From Octopus bimaculoides (lineage: Eukaryota), in assembly GCF_001194135.2 (NCBI RefSeq), contig NC_068983.1:60576386-60640385 (forward strand): a DNA stretch of 64,000 bases, given 5' to 3'. The notes under the pieces are model-generated. The model was given only the letters and a program-made list of their open reading frames with translations. It was not told the DNA's origin and ran no database searches. The position numbers were made by a program, and so were the translations under genes. Of this stretch, positions 61,561 through 64,000 are shown one piece after another; within the stretch, counting starts at the first letter, position 1; each line of letters begins with the position of its first letter.

Positions 61561-62405
61561 CAGCATTTTGTTTCTTACTGGTATTTATGCCAAGGTTGGC
61601 TAAACCTTGGTTATTTGTCTGTTCACATATGTGGCTCATGGAAATATGTTGGTTAAGCTCTTTCTTACCACAGTTAATATAAAAGTTTCAAATATTTCAC
61701 GTTTTATAATTATTTATTGGATATGAACTGATACCAGCTGTGAAAGTGTTGTGGGAACAGCCTTTCTTTTGCGGAAAGGGGGAAGAGTGTCCCACAACTA
61801 TTACAAATAAACCCAAACATAGAAATATTATGAATTTTTTCTTAATTTCAACCCCTTTTATTTTAGCTTTGTACTCTCTGACTTTCTCAACATATTTTCC
61901 ATTCAAATTCTAACCCGGTAGATACATATTACTGTAGATCATCATCATCATCATCATCGTTTAACGTCCGCTTTCCATGCTAGCATGGGTTGGACGATTT
62001 GACTGAGGACTGGTGGACCAGGTGGCTACAGCAGCCTCCAATCTGATTTGGTAGAGTTTCTACAGCTGGATGCCCTTCCTAACACCAACCACTCCAAGAG
62101 TGTATAGTGGGTGCTTTTATGTGCCACCAGCACGAAGGCCAGTCAGGCGGTACTGGCAACGGCCATGCTCGAAATGGTGCTATTTACGTGCCACCGGCAC
62201 GGAAGCCAGACAGCTGCTCTAGCAACGATCATGCTCGGACGGTGCTCTTAGTGCTCCACTGGTACAGGTGCCATCACGATTTCGCTTTGGATATATTAAT
62301 TTCATCACTCTGTTACAAAACACACAACATTGTGTAGTTCGCACTAGAAATTGACAATGATTGAGAATATTTACTTGAGTCTCTCCTGTCCATCGTCTTT
62401 CCCTA

Positions 62406-62575
62406 TGGGTCGGCTGAAAAGTATATAGGCTGACCAAGATGCTCCCACAGAATGTAACCAAATGAGGCTTATTTTTCAACATAATCCCTCTTGCGATCCA
62501 CACACTTCTTCCATCGGTGTTGCCATGCTTGGATCCCATCGGTGAAGAGGCTTTCATCATGTTGGTCAGCTGCTA
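62406..62575 (-). mobile_element. Mariner 3' end with terminal repeat
   Basis: DESLFTDGIQAWQHRWKKCVDRKRDYVEK*, then a TIR-like end abutting TA. Confidence 0.8.
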
Positions 62576-62699
62576 CAAGGGTAAGTGAAATAATACCTTA
62601 GAAAGAAGTAATTATGGAAGATCTACTTCCTGGACCAGGTGATGAAAGTTATAGAGAAAAAGAATTAGGCTACATGGGGAAGCTAGGGATAGGCCATAA

Positions 62700-62875
62700 T
62701 AGAGGAATTTAGGACAGGATGCTCATGGGAACTATTACATGAATCTGTAACAGAACTAGAAAAGGAATTCCAAGTGTGGAAGCAAAACCTGGATTCAAAG
62801 GGCCTTAAAATAAACTTAGCAGAGACCAAGGTAAATGGTCCTGTTCCATATGTAGAAAAGATGTAGATAATTTGT
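62700..62875 (+). mobile_element. RTE RT fragment running into the start of the Cys finger
   Basis: EEFRTGCSWELL...ELEKEFQVWKQNLDSKGLKINLAETK, then KWSCSICRK after a deletion. Confidence 0.8.
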
Positions 62876-63310
62876 TAGCTAGGGGCCCTAATTCACAGTC
62901 TCCAACTGGGTTATCCTTATATCTTTTCCATAGTAACATACCTATCTCTATTATTCTTTTTAACCTCTCCTCAATTGTCACAAAACCACCTTCCCCCAGT
63001 GAAAGAGACTTTGTTTTGTCTTGCAAGTTACTTCATGATCCTGCCAGTGCTATGAAAAAAAGCACCCAGTGCACTCTGTAAAGTGGTTGGTGTTAAGAAG
63101 GGCATCCAGTTGTAGAAAACATGCCAAAACAGACAATAGAGCTTGGCACAGATCCCTGGCTTGCTAGCTTTTGTCAAACCCATGCCAGCATGAAAGACAA
63201 AGTGCTAAGTGATGATGATGATGATTTATCATGCCGGACTTCATATAGGAATGCAAAATTTTCCAAATAACATACAAAATAGCTCAGGAATGAATGTAAA
63301 GTAGGAACTA

Positions 63311-64000
63311 AATAATAATAATAATTGATTCTGGTTTTATTGGCCACAAGGGCTGATACAAATTAAAAACATATAAGGACAAAGACAGGACGAAGGTTAC
63401 AAAGGGTTTTGTCCGAAAAGAAAAATGTTCGTGTAAACAATGGAAAAACAGAGAAAGATATAACAAATAAAACTCCCAAAAAGGGGAGGTGCTTCGAAAG
63501 GTTACACATGGAAAAACCCATAAAAGCCACGGGAGCCTGGTCAGTAAATAAAAAGGGGTATAGAGCTCCTTCTCCTTTTATATTACCTTTTTTACAGGTG
63601 TATCCTCAGAATTAGTCCGTTCATACTGGCCATTCTTCCAACAGTTACCCATCTTTCAAGAAATTTGCTATGAGACAGCACTTCCCCCTCTACTCTCATC
63701 TTCCTTTTCAAGTGGAACTTGAAAAAGTTGATGAGGCCTTGGCCAAAGAGGAAAGTGTCTGACTTTAGCCCTTTCAAACAGGTCCACCATACCACCTCTT
63801 TCGCTACAGCCACTAGACATAGGAAAATTGCCTTGCCCTCCCGGTTAAAGGAGGTTGGCGGGTCAATCTTCACGATGGATTCAGCTGATAACCAGATCCG
63901 TCCCACGTGACAGTAGTTGTTTGACATAAACCCACAGGTCAGCAATACTTGGGCACTGGACGAGTGCATGCAGAACGGTTTCGTCGTCCTGAGCACGCAC
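63311..64000 (-). mobile_element. Tx1/L1-clade LINE 3' end, continuing beyond the window
   Basis: DETVLHALVQCPSIADLW (zf-RVT-like), a frameshift to ...AVAKEVVWW...FFKFHLKRKMRVE...FLERW, and an (ATT)n tail. Confidence 0.75.

Overview
AT-rich, repeat-dense animal genomic DNA with 7 N-gaps. The repeat families ((GAT)n-tailed RTE ends, tRNA-derived SINEs with internal microsatellites, TTAA MITEs) resemble octopus sequence; this taxon call is inference. The one securely identified gene is SF3B2 (SAP145, splicing factor 3B subunit 2) on the minus strand: 21 coding exons from about 54046 to 25266, plus a probable non-coding first exon near 55.6 kb. All junctions are GT-AG with consistent phases, except across an N-gap in the proline-rich exon. 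The best observation is that this SF3B2 reads WCFKSKYLQG where human has WCFKRKYLQG, so the PRMT9 methylation site (human Arg508) is Ser. The rest is a transposon landscape: RTE LINEs (one young copy with a PHD-type finger inside the RT domain), a BovB-like RTE, a Tx1/L1 3' end, mariner and piggyBac remnants, Helitrons, MITEs and SINEs. There are two weakly supported orphan spliced ORFs and several fold-back structures. No rRNA, true tRNA gene or CRISPR array was found.
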